Shown piece after piece: positions 61,533 through 64,000 of a stretch of 64,000 nt of DNA; within the stretch, counting starts at the first letter, position 1; each line of letters begins with the position of its first letter. The DNA lies in the NCBI GenBank assembly GCA_965217115.1, contig OZ244239.1, positions 576,001 through 640,000 on the forward strand, in the 5' to 3' direction. A program made the translations under genes and the position numbers. The notes under the pieces were generated by a model. The model saw nothing but the letters and a program-made list of their open reading frames with translations. It was not told where the DNA came from and did no database searches. The stretch is from Bdellovibrionales bacterium. GTDB taxonomy: Bacteria > Bdellovibrionota > Bdellovibrionia > Bdellovibrionales > CAYMLA01.

Positions 61533-62771
61533 CTAAGAGATAATAACTTTATTTAAACAAGTCAATCCATCTACCTGGTAAATTAACTTTTGCAATCGTA
61601 ACTGATTATAAAGACTCTCATACGCTTGTATATCTGTTTGGTATAGCATAATCAAGCGTCTAATTAAGAAGCAAATAGTATGTAAATTTCTTACAAAAGT
61701 TAGGTTTGTTGTGTCTGAAGAACACGAAAATTTTTTCTTTTCAACTCTCCACTCACCATAATGCTCTGTCAAATATAAATCAGCCTCACTTGGCCCAAAA
61801 ACTTCTTGTTTCCCAATACTATAACTTTTTAATTCAAAAGAAGTGTTCACCCAGTGCATAGAGCCCGAGCCGTGCCAACACTCGCCATTTCGGTTCTTAT
61901 GGAAAAATACATCTAAATTTATGCCATTTTTATGAATAAGCTTAAGCAAGGAGGGTTCTTTATTTAAATACAACTTTCCTTTAGGACTCTTTTGAATTTC
62001 TGACTGCATATCAAACTTTGCAATGGAAAAAAGAGACGAATTATTTTGAATTTTCACTAGAAACTGGTCTAAATCTAATCCATCCAAATGCACTCCGACA
62101 TCAATATCGACATCGTGTTTTAAGAAAAAACCTTCTCGAACTGCTCCAAGGAAAGTTCCTCCTGTCACAAACCAATTCCAGTCCTCTTTAGGAACTACTT
62201 TTTGAAAATCACTTAAGGTCTCTGGGGCTTTATGTATAAATTCATTTCCTTCCTCAGCTTCACTTTCTAAACTTTTCCTTGAATTTTGAGATTGAGGCTT
62301 GTTCAAGAGTTTCAATAAATGATTTATTTTTCTATTGTACTCTTTCTGGTATTTTTTAAATAACTCAATATCTTCATTCTCTAATGACCTATGAGCAGAT
62401 TCGGCTAAAATAGATGCTTGATAACCATAATAAAGAGCATTTGCACCGTTATCCTGAATATCAGGCTTTTTTAAAAAATGAGATTGCTTCTTCAATAATT
62501 TATCAGAAGAGAGATGGGTAAAGTCAAAGAATGGGTCAAAAGAAATATCATATTTCGTCCAGCCATTTCTAATATACCAGCCCGCTAAACGACCTGCATC
62601 TTTGAACTCATCCTTTCTAAAGATATTAAAAACATGCTTGGCAAAACTTAGCTTCAAGGTTGCAAGAGCAACAATTATAAAAGATGATATAGAAAAAAAG
62701 AAGCATACAGGCAAGGCGTGTTTCTGATTTAAAAAACGGATAATTCTAAAAGATCTCGGTATCTTAAACAT
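61533..62771 (-). CDS. LicD-family phosphotransferase
   Basis: GGTFLGAVREG...HDVDIDVG, LDVF, YLTEHYGEW. Confidence 0.8.
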   Translation of the reverse strand: MFKIPRSFRIIRFLNQKHALPVCFFFSISSFIIVALATLKLSFAKHVFNIFRKDEFKDAGRLAGWYIRNGWTKYDISFDPFFDFTHLSSDKLLKKQSHFLKKPDIQDNGANALYYGYQASILAESAHRSLENEDIELFKKYQKEYNRKINHLLKLLNKPQSQNSRKSLESEAEEGNEFIHKAPETLSDFQKVVPKEDWNWFVTGGTFLGAVREGFFLKHDVDIDVGVHLDGLDLDQFLVKIQNNSSLFSIAKFDMQSEIQKSPKGKLYLNKEPSLLKLIHKNGINLDVFFHKNRNGECWHGSGSMHWVNTSFELKSYSIGKQEVFGPSEADLYLTEHYGEWRVEKKKFSCSSDTTNLTFVRNLHTICFLIRRLIMLYQTDIQAYESLYNQLRLQKLIYQVDGLTCLNKVIIS

Positions 62772-62833
62772 ATACAGGCATTATACAAGACAGGGGACAA
62801 ATAGCAATCATCTTATTTTGAAAACATCAATAA

Positions 62834-63520
62834 TTACAGCTTATTGTAGGCCTCCACCGCATCATCTATTCCTCCATAAAAACAAGATATCCCGTTATTA
62901 ATTACCAGCCCTTTTTCACATAGCTCTTTCAGAGTGTCTTGATTATGAGAGACAATCACTGCAGTAGATTTATTAATTTTACTTTTTATGGTTTTAAAAG
63001 ATTTCTCTTTAAAAGCCCTATCACCTACACCTAAAACTTCATCTATTAAGATAATATCTGGCTCTATCGCATTGGAAATAGCAAACCCTAAGCGAGCCCT
63101 CATGCCAGAAGAATACGTGCCCACTGGATAATCGATAAAATCTTCTAATTCAGAATACTCAATTACCTCGTCCATTTTTTTGAGAGCTTCTACCTTAGAC
63201 AAGCCAAGTAACATTCCAACAAGAATAACATTTTTACGCCCCGATAGATGATTCAAAAATCCTGCTTGTAGGGAAAGAAGAAATGAAGGACCAAAATTAT
63301 TAGTCATAGTGCCTTTATCATTTTCAATAATACCAGCGATCAAAGACAACACTGTACTTTTGCCTGCTCCATTCTTACCCAAAATACCTAAAGTTTGATG
63401 CCTATTTAATATAAAATTCACATCTTTGAGTGCCCAGAATTCACTAACTCCGTAATTAATTCCTTTTTTTTTACGATGCTGAAATTTAACACCAACATTC
63501 TTAAATTCTAACCGAGACAT
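62834..63520 (-). CDS. polysaccharide ABC exporter ATPase (Wzt/KpsT/TagH type)
   Basis: GKNGAGKST, YSSGMRARL, IDEVLGVGD, VSH. Confidence 0.94.
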   Translation of the reverse strand: MSRLEFKNVGVKFQHRKKKGINYGVSEFWALKDVNFILNRHQTLGILGKNGAGKSTVLSLIAGIIENDKGTMTNNFGPSFLLSLQAGFLNHLSGRKNVILVGMLLGLSKVEALKKMDEVIEYSELEDFIDYPVGTYSSGMRARLGFAISNAIEPDIILIDEVLGVGDRAFKEKSFKTIKSKINKSTAVIVSHNQDTLKELCEKGLVINNGISCFYGGIDDAVEAYNKL

Positions 63521-63529
63521 AAATAACCT

Positions 63530-64000
63530 CTAAATAACAATTTTTGCATATCTTTTTCCATTTTTCTTTAATATCCAATATCCCAAAATATAAAGAAAAA
63601 TGCCCAGGGCACTTAGTATACTTAAACTAAAAAATTCAGGAGAGCTCTTGTACATTAAAATATTCCTAAAACTCTGTATAGAACCAACAATTGGGTTAAG
63701 TTTAATAAAAAACTGTAGGTCACTTGGCAAGTCATAGACATTGAATAAAACACCCGAAGGATAAAATAATAACCTGAGAAAATGTGGCAAAAACAACTTT
63801 AAATCAGGTATTAAAGGGAATATAGATGAAAGAAATAAACCAAACCCAGCTATAAATATAAACATGGATATTAAAGGTAGAAAAATTAAAGTATGGTAAA
63901 TTGTAATTCCATAAGAGAAACTAAAACACACAAATACAAAAATGAAAATAGTCATGAACTTCACAAAAACAGCTAACGTCTCTGATAGTGGGAATACTAT
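63530..64000 (-). CDS. polysaccharide ABC exporter permease (Wzm/KpsM/TagG type), 5' part outside window
   Basis: polytopic, LFYPSGVLF, LNPI; frame open to the window edge. Confidence 0.88.
   Translation of the reverse strand: MVFPLSETLAVFVKFMTIFIFVFVCFSFSYGITIYHTLIFLPLISMFIFIAGFGLFLSSIFPLIPDLKLFLPHFLRLLFYPSGVLFNVYDLPSDLQFFIKLNPIVGSIQSFRNILMYKSSPEFFSLSILSALGIFLYILGYWILKKNGKRYAKIVI

Overview
AT-rich bacterial chromosome segment. Gene content and order (fabH-fabD-fabG-acpP-fabF-rpiB-glyA, many orphan exported proteins and lipoproteins, sigma54- and sigma28-type promoter motifs, a vWA lipoprotein) suggest a Bdellovibrionota-like or deltaproteobacterial organism; this is inference only. Core genes: fatty-acid synthesis, LolC/E, RidA, ComM, XerD-like recombinase, purK/purE, a RR-HK-Hpt relay, desaturase, serA, a sigma54 activator with CdsA- and PlsC-like genes, 2-oxoacid:ferredoxin oxidoreductase, pgi. 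The right end holds a surface-polysaccharide locus with an apparently split Bcs1-like CDP-polyol pathway, TagF-like and LicD-like transferases and Wzm/Wzt. Three tRNAs: fMet-CAT, Arg-TCG, Arg-TCT. Two accessory regions lie on the 3' side of tRNAs (about 1-8.5 kb and 16.9-24.8 kb). They carry orphan exported proteins, two HExxH metalloproteases, two toxin-antitoxin pairs and several structured non-coding repeat families. These are a nested-hairpin MITE-like element (one copy with an 8-bp target duplication, one with cargo), a TIR element with 25-bp direct repeats, an ~89-bp repeat at the 3' end of three consecutive genes, a covarying three-arm motif and a 16-unit pentamer microsatellite. No transposase, integron integrase, reverse transcriptase or Cas gene was recognised in the window.
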